From: a bacterium
GTDB lineage: Bacteria > Zhuqueibacterota > Zhuqueibacteria > Residuimicrobiales > Krinioviventaceae
Assembly (NCBI GenBank): GCA_963675755.2
Contig: CAXXMD010000003.1
Coordinates: 672,001 to 736,000 of the forward strand
Direction: 5' to 3'
DNA length: 64,000 nt
A program made the position numbers and the translations under genes. Each line of letters begins with the position of its first letter. Position 1 is the first letter of the stretch. Below, in pieces: positions 41,738 to 51,958 of the stretch. The notes beneath the pieces were generated by a model that did no database searches, was not told the DNA's origin, and saw only the letters and a list, made by a program, of their open reading frames with translations.

Positions 41738-41836
41738 AACAAGCCTCTATAAATATTATAATTTGGGCGTATAACGATCATGTTAACCGGTACCGAAAAG
41801 CCGCGTTGGGTGCTATGTTAAGTTAACCTGATCAAT

Positions 41837-42400
41837 CTAATCGTTATCAATACGTCTGATGATCCGGCATGGATTTCCCGCAGCAATCACATCATCGGGA
41901 ATGTCTTTGGTTACTACACTTCCTGCACCAACGACAGCCCGGTTTCCAATTTTTACTCCCGGAAGTACAACAACAGACCCGCCAAGCCATACATCCTCAC
42001 CAATTTCAATAGGTTTTGCAAATTCAAGCAATGATGCTCTTTCCCTGGCATTTACCGGATGTGTAACCGTATAAATCTGCACACCGGGCCCCAGCATAGT
42101 ACGGCTGCCAATGTGGACTTGCGCACAATCGAGAATTGTACAATTATAATTTATAAATATATCTGATCCAAGGATGATATTATACCCATAATCGCAAAAA
42201 AATGGGGGTTCAATACAACAATTATTGCCCATAGTGGGTATTAGTTCAGCCAATATCTCTTGTTGTTCTTCACTATTGACATTGGGTAATTGATTGTATT
42301 GATGAAAAAGCAAATGGGCCTTATTTCTGTCTTTACTGACCTCTGTATCGGCAGGATTGTATAAATCTCCGCTTATCATCTTTTCTTTTTCTGATTTCAT
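41837..42400 (-). CDS. maa: Maltose/galactoside O-acetyltransferase
   Basis: EKEKMISGDLY, PFFCDYGYNI, hexapeptide repeats, AGNPCRIIR. Confidence 0.88.
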   Translation of the reverse strand: MKSEKEKMISGDLYNPADTEVSKDRNKAHLLFHQYNQLPNVNSEEQQEILAELIPTMGNNCCIEPPFFCDYGYNIILGSDIFINYNCTILDCAQVHIGSRTMLGPGVQIYTVTHPVNARERASLLEFAKPIEIGEDVWLGGSVVVLPGVKIGNRAVVGAGSVVTKDIPDDVIAAGNPCRIIRRIDND

Positions 42401-42607
42401 CCTTTTCTCCTAACTGATATCATTAAAGCAAAAACTCGCAATCCAATTGCGGGTTACTTTTGCAATATCATTTTTTCAACTTTTAAAAATTGTTCAACAA
42501 CCCTTTCACATAGATAAATACCGCTTGGGCGGTATATGGTATACCACAATAGACAACTTTCTTTATATATCAAATCCTTATTAATATCATAGTGAATTAA
42601 TATGAGA

Positions 42608-43504
42608 TTATAATTTGGCTTTTTTTCTTATTTTATCAATAAATCCGGCATCCATCCAATACAAATCATGGTGATGCGGAGCACTGTGCCAGCGGGTAAA
42701 GAAAAAATATTTCCCATCTGGAGATATACCAGGAAACCGCTCCTGTTTATCTGAATTGACTGTATTGCCCAAATCTATCACCTTGCTCCAGTTATCCTTA
42801 TCATCTCGAAAGCAGATATACAGATCTCCATATTCATCTTTACTGCCTGGACGATTGGATGCGAAAAGCAGAAAAGATTCATCCGGAGCGATAAAAGGAC
42901 AAACATTACGATACCCGTTAATATTTACAGGCTCTGGTAATAGCTCTGCGGTAGAATACTCGCCATTTACACATTCAGACCGGCAGATACCCACTTTATC
43001 ACCCACTCTACCCAGAAAATAAAGTGTGCCGTCTTGCGTTTGCGAAGGAGTCCAAAATCCATGTCGACTATCTACCAATTCCGGTTTGCCCCACCCATTT
43101 CCTGAGCGTTCCGTGCGCCAAATAGCTAGATTTGTGTTCAGGGTATCACCAACCCATTTGGGTCGTTTTGAGGCAAAGTACAAAAATTTTCCATCAACCG
43201 ATATAAATGGCTGATCATCATGAAAATCTCCCGCAAAGGGAACCATCATGGGCTCTGTCCAGTGATTGCCATCGTATCGTGTGAATAGGATTTTCCGAAA
43301 CGCTTCGGGCTCACTGGTAACCGACCAATACATTTCTTTTCCATCAGCACGAAATGTGGGAGCACTATGCGCATGGTGGTTGATAAATTCAGGAGCGAAC
43401 AATTGCGGCGATTGTCCGGGCAGGGGCTGCCCAAGATATCTCCAGTTATCATTTGAACAGCCTGCAAGGAACAAAAGAATGTATAAAATATATCTTAATT
43501 TCAT
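42608..43504 (-). CDS. PD40-repeat lipoprotein
   Basis: Lipobox LAGC; YLGQPLPGQSPQLFAP; PFIAPDESFLLF; PGISPDGKYFFF. Confidence 0.88.
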   Translation of the reverse strand: MKLRYILYILLFLAGCSNDNWRYLGQPLPGQSPQLFAPEFINHHAHSAPTFRADGKEMYWSVTSEPEAFRKILFTRYDGNHWTEPMMVPFAGDFHDDQPFISVDGKFLYFASKRPKWVGDTLNTNLAIWRTERSGNGWGKPELVDSRHGFWTPSQTQDGTLYFLGRVGDKVGICRSECVNGEYSTAELLPEPVNINGYRNVCPFIAPDESFLLFASNRPGSKDEYGDLYICFRDDKDNWSKVIDLGNTVNSDKQERFPGISPDGKYFFFTRWHSAPHHHDLYWMDAGFIDKIRKKAKL

Positions 43505-43508
43505 CGAG

Positions 43509-45032
43509 CTAACCCGGTAATGAATAATGAATTTCTGCTCCGGGGCCCAGGGGAAGTCCCAAAGTCAACCAAATTACCAGTAACAGAATCCAAACAACAA
43601 GAAACACAAGCGTATAGGGAACCATTGTAGCGATTATAGTCCCAATACCCGCTTTGGGATCATATTTTTGTACATAGGCAATTATTAGCGCGAAAAAACT
43701 CATCATTGGTGATATTACATTGGTCACACTGTCACCAATGCGATAAACGACCTGAGAGAGTTCAGGAGTATAGCCCATGATCATAAACATGGGTATAAAA
43801 ACGGGTGCAAGAATGGCCCATTTTGCGGATGCACTTCCCATCAGCATATTGATAGCAGCGGATAATAAAATAAACAAAATCATCAATGGTATTAACCCGA
43901 TTTCTAGAGACATGAGAAGATTTGCACCCTTTACAGCCAGTATTACGCCCAAATTACTCCACTTGAAATATGCCACAAATTGAGCTGCAAAAAACACCAG
44001 CACTATATAAGTAGACAGTGTTTTCATGGAATCTGCCATTCCTTTTAAAACATCGGCATCGTTTTTATAAACCTTTGTCGTTACACCATAAGCAATTCCC
44101 ATAGAACCCGCAGTAATAAACAGCATGGCAACCACTCCTTTGATTAGAGGCGAGCTAAGCAAGCCCCCATCACTGCCTCTGAAAAAGCCATTTGCAGGAA
44201 TAATACCCAAAAGGGTGATGATGAAAATGACAAGAAAAGCCAAAAATGCCATCAACAATCCCTTTTTCTCCATTTCGGACAATGCATCAAATGATTTTTC
44301 ATCAAGCTTGCCGCTGTAACTCCCGAGCCGGGGCTCTACAATTTTTTCGGTTACCAATGTGCCTGCAAAAGCAACAAAAAAAGTAGACACAAACATAAAA
44401 TAATAATTCGCAGTAGGATTCACCTCGTAACCGGGCACCAAAATTCTTGCAGCTTCCTGCGACAAACCCGCCAGCAAAGGATCAACCGTTCCCAAAACAA
44501 GATTGGCACTAAAACCACCGGAAACACCCGCAAAAGCAGCAGCCATTCCCGCAATGGGGTGTCTGCCCACAGCAATAAATATTACACCCGCAAGGGGAAT
44601 CAAAAGCACGTACCCCACATCCGAAGCTACATTAGACAAAACACCGGTAAAAACAAGCACAAAGGTCAATAAATGCCGGGGTGAGTTGAGAACCAGCATT
44701 CGTATTACCGCATTGATAAAACCACTCTGTTCCGCAATTCCAATCCCAAGCATAGCCACAAGGACTATTCCAAGGGGAGCGAATGAAGTGAAATTTTCTA
44801 CCATATCAAGCAGTATACGATGGATACCGTCATGAGAAAGAAGGTTCACAGGTTTTACTATTTCTTGCGTACCAGGATGAACAGCCTGCCAACCCAGCAC
44901 ATGGCCGAGTGCAGAAAATAAAAGTACCGTTATAGCAAATAAAGCAAACAAGGTTGCCGGATGCGGCAGCGCGTTTCCTGCTCTTTCTGTCCAATTTAAT
45001 AGATTTTGAAAAATCCCCTTTTTACTTTTCAT
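43509..45032 (-). CDS. abgT: AbgT family transporter
   Basis: ERAGNALPHP, GRHPIAG, GVSGGFSAN, GSASAKW, YRIGDSVTN, LPLGPG. Confidence 0.92.
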   Translation of the reverse strand: MKSKKGIFQNLLNWTERAGNALPHPATLFALFAITVLLFSALGHVLGWQAVHPGTQEIVKPVNLLSHDGIHRILLDMVENFTSFAPLGIVLVAMLGIGIAEQSGFINAVIRMLVLNSPRHLLTFVLVFTGVLSNVASDVGYVLLIPLAGVIFIAVGRHPIAGMAAAFAGVSGGFSANLVLGTVDPLLAGLSQEAARILVPGYEVNPTANYYFMFVSTFFVAFAGTLVTEKIVEPRLGSYSGKLDEKSFDALSEMEKKGLLMAFLAFLVIFIITLLGIIPANGFFRGSDGGLLSSPLIKGVVAMLFITAGSMGIAYGVTTKVYKNDADVLKGMADSMKTLSTYIVLVFFAAQFVAYFKWSNLGVILAVKGANLLMSLEIGLIPLMILFILLSAAINMLMGSASAKWAILAPVFIPMFMIMGYTPELSQVVYRIGDSVTNVISPMMSFFALIIAYVQKYDPKAGIGTIIATMVPYTLVFLVVWILLLVIWLTLGLPLGPGAEIHYSLPG

Positions 45033-45228
45033 ATATAACCATTTCGCTATTCTGGTTCTATTTTATATTTATTCAATAGTACAAATAATAAACTTGAAAT
45101 TCAACTGCTACTGACAGCAATTAGACCATATTTCACGATTCTATTCAGTTTTTACTTGCAAATATATTTCATGCATTGTATACTATAAAGAGGATGTTGA
45201 AAAAAAACATTCACCATAAGGAGGCTCT

Positions 45229-45612
45229 ATGGATTGCAATATTACCCTCTCCCCTGACAAAAAATACATTATCCAAAAAGTTTCTGGTGAAATAAACCGG
45301 GCAAAAGCTATGCAATTCAACCAGGAAACCCATGCATTGGGAAAAGAAAAGGGAATCGATAAATTCCTGGTGGATATGACCAAAGCACGCAATACTGATA
45401 GTGCCGTCAACAATTACCAGTTTGCATATAAAGACATGAAAGAAATGCCCGAAGATGTTAGAAATGCCCGCATCGCTACACTTGTTAGTCCGGACGACCA
45501 CTCGCACGATTTTATAGAAACTGTATCTCAAAACAGCGGTTTAAATGTAAAAATATTCCGGGACCGGGACGAAGCAATTCGGTATCTGTTTGAGGAAGAT
45601 CAACAGGAATAA
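45229..45612 (+). CDS. Small STAS/SpoIIAA-like protein (copy 1)
   Basis: AAGGAGG SD; KFLVDM, FIETVSQNSGLNVKIFRDRDEAIRYL. Confidence 0.75.
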   Translation: MDCNITLSPDKKYIIQKVSGEINRAKAMQFNQETHALGKEKGIDKFLVDMTKARNTDSAVNNYQFAYKDMKEMPEDVRNARIATLVSPDDHSHDFIETVSQNSGLNVKIFRDRDEAIRYLFEEDQQE

Positions 45613-45730
45613 AACTGACATTTACAAACATTATATATTTATATATGACTTATTTGAAATAACAAGAATAATCAAAATCATTATTTTGTTAGATTATTGT
45701 TTTTCTAAGTAACTTCCAGTTGGAGTAAAG

Positions 45731-46108
45731 ATGAATTGTACTATTTCAGTATCAAAAGATGGTAAATACATTATACAAAAAGTAGTTGGTGAAATTACCA
45801 GCGAAAAATCTATTGAATACAATATCGAATCGCACAAAAAAGGTAAAGAACTGGGAATCAATAAATACCTTGTTGATTTTACAGAAGCTAAAAATATAGA
45901 CTCTGTTTTTAAAAATTATCAGTTTGCATACACACTGATGCGGGATATCCCGGAAATAGATCAGTCGGCACTGGTTGCAACCGTATTAAAACCGGGAGAT
46001 CGCTCGCATGATTTTATGAAAGTGTTAATTCAAAACAGTGGTTTAAATGGTCAACTCTTTACAGATATAGAACAGGCCATAGAATTTCTTGAAAATAACG
46101 ATGCTTAG
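45731..46108 (+). CDS. Small STAS/SpoIIAA-like protein (copy 2)
   Basis: Clear paralogue of 45229-45612 (KYIIQKV.GEI, NYQFAY, SHDF, QNSGLN). Confidence 0.75.
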   Translation: MNCTISVSKDGKYIIQKVVGEITSEKSIEYNIESHKKGKELGINKYLVDFTEAKNIDSVFKNYQFAYTLMRDIPEIDQSALVATVLKPGDRSHDFMKVLIQNSGLNGQLFTDIEQAIEFLENNDA

Positions 46109-46133
46109 GGGCGAACCGTCTTTCCAAAACAAC

Positions 46134-47165
46134 CTATTGATTCCTTTCAAACCAATTTTTCGCATTTCCTGTAAATTCAATACCATCTAAATAACGCTGC
46201 CGATGTTCTTCAATGGTCGGCATCCAAATGGTTTGCAAAAATCCCATCAATTTATCTGATTTTATTTTCTCACTGCAATACTTTACCGTGTTTTCAATGC
46301 TTTTGGGATTGTTTGTATGATAACTGCCGGTGGGTATCTGATCATAACCCTTTTCTTCCAACTGTTCATACGCTTTTACACCTCGATTGGAAGTGTCAAT
46401 CTCTTCACTATAGTACCAGTTACTCTGTACTACGGATTTTGGCATCTTTTTGAAAAACACTTCCGGATGGTCCCACATGTAATCAGACCAGATCCAGGCC
46501 CTCGATCCATTTTTCTCCACTTCACCCAGCAGATAATAAAAATCCCCCCACCAGAGGTCACCCTGGCGCAAAGACACATATCGATAATGATCCTGATATT
46601 TGGCTTTTTCTTCATCCATTCCCAGATGAAAGAAGCGTGGATTATCAAACAGTTCTGTCACTTCAGCAATCAGGTTACTGCAAACTTTGTAATATTCCGG
46701 AGTAGAAACCATTCTTTCATACGGTCCCAACCAGGCATCGTGAGTGGTTGAAAAATTTAATTTGGGGATGGGTTCCAAACCCAACTTGCGGATTTTGTCC
46801 AATTCATCATATAAGCGGGTAGGGGTCCAGGCGTTCTTGACGGCAATTTCAGGATGGCTGTCATATCTGACTGCGTCTCCCAGGTCGATCAGTACCATAT
46901 TCAATCCGCTTTCAGCCATTTTACGCAACGAATCGGCCCACAAGGTTTCGCTCAACTCCAATTCGGGTCGATATCCCCGAAATGGTTTGTAAGAAGAAAT
47001 ATTGTCTTCCCACATGTTAAAACTCAGATGCAGCAGACATGCCCAGATATTTCCACGCGCAGCCTCCTGCTCTGCAAAAATCTTTCCCGCACCCAGACTG
47101 CTAACCAGACCTGCCGCGGCAAGCCCTTTGATAAAATTCCTGCGATCAACACCTGCATTTTCCAT
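46134..47165 (-). CDS. Tat-exported GH20-like TIM-barrel glycoside hydrolase
   Basis: DRRNFIK twin-Arg signal; FHLGMDEE matches the GH20 HxGxDE motif; WIWSD. Confidence 0.7.
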   Translation of the reverse strand: MENAGVDRRNFIKGLAAAGLVSSLGAGKIFAEQEAARGNIWACLLHLSFNMWEDNISSYKPFRGYRPELELSETLWADSLRKMAESGLNMVLIDLGDAVRYDSHPEIAVKNAWTPTRLYDELDKIRKLGLEPIPKLNFSTTHDAWLGPYERMVSTPEYYKVCSNLIAEVTELFDNPRFFHLGMDEEKAKYQDHYRYVSLRQGDLWWGDFYYLLGEVEKNGSRAWIWSDYMWDHPEVFFKKMPKSVVQSNWYYSEEIDTSNRGVKAYEQLEEKGYDQIPTGSYHTNNPKSIENTVKYCSEKIKSDKLMGFLQTIWMPTIEEHRQRYLDGIEFTGNAKNWFERNQ

Positions 47166-47204
47166 TATTTTCCTCCGTTTATCAAGCTGATCCTATAATT
47201 AAGG

Positions 47205-48413
47205 TTACTTTTCAGATAAAACAAACTCCTGACCCACCGAACCATCTTTTGCCATGATAGTGCGCACCCGGATCTCGTCCGGGTCTGCATTCAACAGCCT
47301 TACTGTGCCCCGCTCAAGCTCCGGTCCACCACCGATAATAACCGGAAAAGGCGGGATCATTTCCCACTCGCCGCGGTTTTCAGTATATTTCGGATCATGA
47401 GTGACTTTGAAGGTTTGTCCTGCTTGCAGCGTTTTAAAACTGTGATCATGAGCAGCCAGTGCCAGATCCATATCCGCATTCACCAGCAGGGGCTCCCATG
47501 TCTGACGAGACGGTTCGGAATTCCATATATTTTTATTGTAAAGTGGAATGTGGCTGATAAATACCCGCCAGGGGGCATTCTCTCCCGCCTTATTTTTCAA
47601 CAGTGCCTCCAGCCATTGTGCCTGATATTGACGATACGGCATCATGACATCGTTCATTTTTTCAAAATCCTCGCCACAATCCATAACCAGAAACCAGACA
47701 GGCCCGGTGGTTAGGGTAAAATTAAAATATTGTTTACCCGTTGGCTGCGAAGCATCCAGGTAGGGCAGATCAAACAAATATGCCAAATCATGGGCAAAGG
47801 CGCCGCGGTATTCATGATTTCCACGCACAAAAAGCATGGGCTTTTCACCCGCGTTGAGCAGGTTGATATATCGGTCCAATAAATACAGAGCCTGATCAAC
47901 ACTTTTCGGATCGTTCCAACAATCGCCCAGCAAGATGCTGAAATCATAATCATTAGGGTCGCAATGTTGCATGAGCGCCTCGAGTGTTGCTACCCTGCCG
48001 TGAATATCATTAAAAATGGCAGCATTGACCGATTTTTCATCCGCTATGGGTGTACGAAACCGGCAGCTTTTTGTTGATTGGCTTTTATTTAACCGGTTAT
48101 ACCGGACCGTATATTCATACTCGGCATTTTGCAGATTTTCGAGCCTGGCTTTCCAGATGGTCCATTCTGTATCCGGAATGCGATGAGGTTCCGCTGTAAA
48201 TATACGTTCATCCTCCGAACCGGCTTTTTTTAACGCCACCAGTACCGATCCCGCATCTTTTGCCGCCAGACAGACCGTCATACCGCTCTCGCCCGGATTT
48301 TGCAGATATGGCCCAATAACCGGAGGAAGATCAGGATTGGGTTCAGCTGACAGCATGCCAACATTTACACATAATACCAAAACCACTAACACAATTACCC
48401 AAACCTTGTTCAT
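47205..48413 (-). CDS. Secreted purple-acid-phosphatase-like metallophosphoesterase
   Basis: GPYLQ, FNDIH, LGD, VRGNHE, SHIP, AHDH. Confidence 0.85.
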   Translation of the reverse strand: MNKVWVIVLVVLVLCVNVGMLSAEPNPDLPPVIGPYLQNPGESGMTVCLAAKDAGSVLVALKKAGSEDERIFTAEPHRIPDTEWTIWKARLENLQNAEYEYTVRYNRLNKSQSTKSCRFRTPIADEKSVNAAIFNDIHGRVATLEALMQHCDPNDYDFSILLGDCWNDPKSVDQALYLLDRYINLLNAGEKPMLFVRGNHEYRGAFAHDLAYLFDLPYLDASQPTGKQYFNFTLTTGPVWFLVMDCGEDFEKMNDVMMPYRQYQAQWLEALLKNKAGENAPWRVFISHIPLYNKNIWNSEPSRQTWEPLLVNADMDLALAAHDHSFKTLQAGQTFKVTHDPKYTENRGEWEMIPPFPVIIGGGPELERGTVRLLNADPDEIRVRTIMAKDGSVGQEFVLSEK

Positions 48414-48612
48414 CTAGTCTTCCTTTATAAAATAGTCTTTTACTATCCTGCGTCAATCAAACCAGAAATCCCGGCCTGTAGACATAACGGCTTGTCAGAT
48501 ACAACTCAAATTTTTACTTTATGGGAATTCTTCAAACCCTGCCATGACTGGCAGGGTTATCTATTAATTAAAGGATTCGGGGGAAATATGCAAGAGAATA
48601 AAATAATGCGGA

Positions 48613-49770
48613 TCAATATCCCATATCCGTAACTTCCCAGTAATTGCCGGTACCGCCAAAATTCTCTATGGTATTCAGCATGGTTGCATGGTTTTGCAGA
48701 GACATGTTGTTCATCATGGTCATCATGTTTTGCTGAGCATTGAAATCCCGCTGCATTTGAGCCATTTCCTGCTGAGAAGGTGTACCTCCATTATATACCT
48801 GTTGGTTTTGCGAGCCTACTGAACCCGCATAATTCTGCTGCACCTGTGCGCGCTGGTTCTGTGCCATATTTTGCCAGTTCTTTTGAACCAGGTCCCAGGC
48901 AAGACTTGCCGAGCATAGAAACTGCTTTTGTTCAAGTGGCAGTATAGTAAACTGCTGTACCAATTCTTTTGTAAACTGTTCCCGATCCGAATTTGATACG
49001 GTTTGAATTATACCGGACAACTGATTGGAAAACACAATATAATCGATCATGGCCGTTACATCTTTGTTGGTTAAAACCAGATTGTTTGCCTCATCAAAAG
49101 CCAGGACCTTTACATAGCGGTTCATCACCCGGATAAGCAGGGGTTTATCCGCTTCTTTCATGGGGAGAGTCGCTTTATAAAACTCTGCAATGAGCATCTG
49201 GCGCAAGGTCCCGATCTGTAACGGGTCCTGCAAGGACTTTATCGTTGTTAATGACTGTTGTAAACTGGTGATTTGCCGGATAAATTCCTGAGGATAGGTT
49301 TGAAATTCTTCAATAGACGATTGGGTAAGCTCTTCAACCTCGTTGGGTTTGATCTCCTGCCCAATAATGAACTGTATGATCCCAATCCCGGTTTGCACAT
49401 GACCACTGTTGAGTTGTAATCCGTTAGACTCGGCTAAAATTGTGGTTTGCTGCCGGGTTTGCAGCGGACGTTCATAAGCGATTGCATTTCCATATCCATC
49501 CATCAGGTGCAATACCGTATCACTAAATTGTGTAACCGCATATTGATACATTTGACCCAACTGGTCCTGCATGACAAGCGACTGCCCCTGTACACCCCAG
49601 GCACCGGTATAATGACCGTTGGGACCGTCAAAAACAAAAGTACCGTCCTGGTTCAGTGTCATGGTCGCATTGATTTGCGGACTGACCCAGGTACCAAAGA
49701 TATTCTGACCAAAAGTAATGGAAAACAGGAGCAGAATGAATAAAGCTGTGGATTGCAGTTTGATGTTCAT
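48613..49770 (-). CDS. Secreted hypothetical protein with Gln/Met-rich C-terminus
   Basis: Signal peptide and long open frame. Confidence 0.75.
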   Translation of the reverse strand: MNIKLQSTALFILLLFSITFGQNIFGTWVSPQINATMTLNQDGTFVFDGPNGHYTGAWGVQGQSLVMQDQLGQMYQYAVTQFSDTVLHLMDGYGNAIAYERPLQTRQQTTILAESNGLQLNSGHVQTGIGIIQFIIGQEIKPNEVEELTQSSIEEFQTYPQEFIRQITSLQQSLTTIKSLQDPLQIGTLRQMLIAEFYKATLPMKEADKPLLIRVMNRYVKVLAFDEANNLVLTNKDVTAMIDYIVFSNQLSGIIQTVSNSDREQFTKELVQQFTILPLEQKQFLCSASLAWDLVQKNWQNMAQNQRAQVQQNYAGSVGSQNQQVYNGGTPSQQEMAQMQRDFNAQQNMMTMMNNMSLQNHATMLNTIENFGGTGNYWEVTDMGY

Positions 49771-49860
49771 GTCTCTGTCCTTGATTTTAACATCATGTTT
49801 TTATGAGGTTAATCAAGGTTGCAAACATGATACCAGTACCTTCAGCATTTTTGTTAAAAA

Positions 49861-50601
49861 TCAACCTGCTAACTTGATTATGGTATAAAATTTTTCTTTA
49901 AACGTATTGATCACTGCATCTGAAGCATTTTCGAAAAAAACGATTTTATGACTTCTGATATCTTCTATTAATTTGTAATGCTTTATATCCAACCTGTTTT
50001 GATACATAATACCAATCAACTCACGTTCATAAAAAATAAGCATTACCCTCCAGTCCGGTGATGCAATGAGATCCGGTCCATGCTTTGAATATGTCAAAAA
50101 GCCATCCTCATCGAATCCTTTTTCAAAGCGGTGTTTTTCAAAATACGGTTCAAAGCTGGCTACATCTAACTTGCCATCGGAATTGTCCAGAATGGTCTGC
50201 AGATCATATTCAGCTATGCTGTCTTTATAAATATTATTTTTAAACGTATACCCCCAAATTACTACATCTGCATAGACAGAATCGGACTTCCAAAGCCCGT
50301 ATGCAAAAAACTCTGTTTTGGCCACTCCAATCTGTCCACCGTTTTCTGAATAAATGGGTGCATTGGGTTTTACCATATAATCATCACCCGGTTCTGCAAT
50401 CATATCATCATATTTAATCCGCACAAGTAAAGTAATATAATGCCAATCATTCCTGTTTTCAGAAGCTTCAACATAGGTAGAGTCATTCAATTCAAAAAGT
50501 AACTTTCCATTGGCTTTTTCCCGCACATTTGCGGGGCCATCAATCAGTTCGGCATGTAATTGAGCAGTGAGCAGAAAAACCAATACCAGATATCTTTTCA
50601 T
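49861..50601 (-). CDS. Secreted hypothetical protein (SH3-like N-terminus)
   Basis: Signal peptide; IDGPANVREKANGKLLFEL. Confidence 0.7.
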   Translation of the reverse strand: MKRYLVLVFLLTAQLHAELIDGPANVREKANGKLLFELNDSTYVEASENRNDWHYITLLVRIKYDDMIAEPGDDYMVKPNAPIYSENGGQIGVAKTEFFAYGLWKSDSVYADVVIWGYTFKNNIYKDSIAEYDLQTILDNSDGKLDVASFEPYFEKHRFEKGFDEDGFLTYSKHGPDLIASPDWRVMLIFYERELIGIMYQNRLDIKHYKLIEDIRSHKIVFFENASDAVINTFKEKFYTIIKLAG

Positions 50602-50629
50602 CAGGGAATCTCCATAAACATTTTAAATA

Positions 50630-51133
50630 TTACTCTGCCAGCCAATCTTCTTTTATCAGATCATCAATCTTAAGCGTTTCACCATATTGCTTTTCATAGT
50701 GTTCCAGAATATCCGGTCTGATCTTTTCCACCATCTTTGCCAGGTGTAATTCAAGAAACGGAAACGATTCCAATTGGAAATCCAATACCATTTCCCCGTT
50801 TTCAGCATAGAGAACCAGCTTTTCCAATTTCTCCCTGTATTTTACACCTGTAATCTGGTCCCAGGTCAGGATTTCATCCGGTTTATAAGGATAAAATTTT
50901 GATATGGAATTATTGTCTGCTGTAACTTTATAATTCAGAAACCTGGTTTCGTAAAGGACATATAGCGAGTAACCGCAAAGAATGAATCCCAGCCCTATTA
51001 CACCAAATAAACTTTCAGGACCAATCGGTGTATGAAAGGGGATTATTATCATTGCAATCCCAGCCAGGACCAAGAAAATACCTGTTATTATGGTTTTCAC
51101 TCTTTCTTTTTTGGGAACAATAAATTCTTTCAT
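50630..51133 (-). CDS. Two-TM membrane hypothetical protein
   Basis: Two hydrophobic segments followed by a PH-like LTWDQITGV. Confidence 0.7.
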   Translation of the reverse strand: MKEFIVPKKERVKTIITGIFLVLAGIAMIIIPFHTPIGPESLFGVIGLGFILCGYSLYVLYETRFLNYKVTADNNSISKFYPYKPDEILTWDQITGVKYREKLEKLVLYAENGEMVLDFQLESFPFLELHLAKMVEKIRPDILEHYEKQYGETLKIDDLIKEDWLAE

Positions 51134-51279
51134 GTCATTTTCCTTTTTTAATTTTTTACATAGAATAAATGCTCAGCCTGAATACCAGAGGTATGGGAAC
51201 ACGAGCCTTTGTATTATAGTTGTTAATCTCATTTTTACATTCCAAAACAGTTATAACCAGACCATAAAAAACTTGGCAA

Positions 51280-51927
51280 TCAAACAAAGTTTGGGTAATA
51301 TTTCATCAGTAAAAAAAAAGGCGCACGGGCCAGTTGACGGTACCAGGTAAATTCGACAGACGGATTGTATAGACTTACCCGGTATATGTCTGGTATTTTT
51401 TTCCTTATCAACTCGTCATCATGATAATAATCTCTATATTCCCAATATTCAATAATCATTGCCATCTTTGAATTAATAGTATAATATTCTGTACTGTCTT
51501 TAGCAAGAAAAGAAGAATATTTACTTACTCTAACAGAATCCGGTTGTATGTTGATCAATGATTTTAATTTGACTATAAATCCCGAATCCGCTTCAATATT
51601 CATCATTGGGACATATGGATAAAATTTAAAATCTGTCATCATTTCCACTTTCATAGTGTCTGTGATGGTTTGGTCCAGAATATGTAGATTATATAAATCC
51701 TTTTTGCTCCAACCCCAGTAATGGTCAAAATTAAAATAATATCCCCTTTTTTCAAAGTAGCTTTTATCGACAAAATCCGGCAGGTCCGGTCGAATATCAT
51801 TGCCAGATATGCTGTAAGAAAAATGAAACCATCTGAAATAGACAAAATAACAAATAAACAATATAGAAAATATGTACAGCAAATACTTTTTCATAGGCTT
51901 ACCCGCAAAGATTTGAAACATGATCAA
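51280..51927 (-). CDS. Hypothetical membrane-anchored protein
   Basis: N-terminal hydrophobic segment (likely start MKKYLL); open frame. Confidence 0.6.
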   Translation of the reverse strand: MIMFQIFAGKPMKKYLLYIFSILFICYFVYFRWFHFSYSISGNDIRPDLPDFVDKSYFEKRGYYFNFDHYWGWSKKDLYNLHILDQTITDTMKVEMMTDFKFYPYVPMMNIEADSGFIVKLKSLINIQPDSVRVSKYSSFLAKDSTEYYTINSKMAMIIEYWEYRDYYHDDELIRKKIPDIYRVSLYNPSVEFTWYRQLARAPFFLLMKYYPNFV

Positions 51928-51958
51928 TTATGTTCATTTGCCTCATTCAAATTAATAA

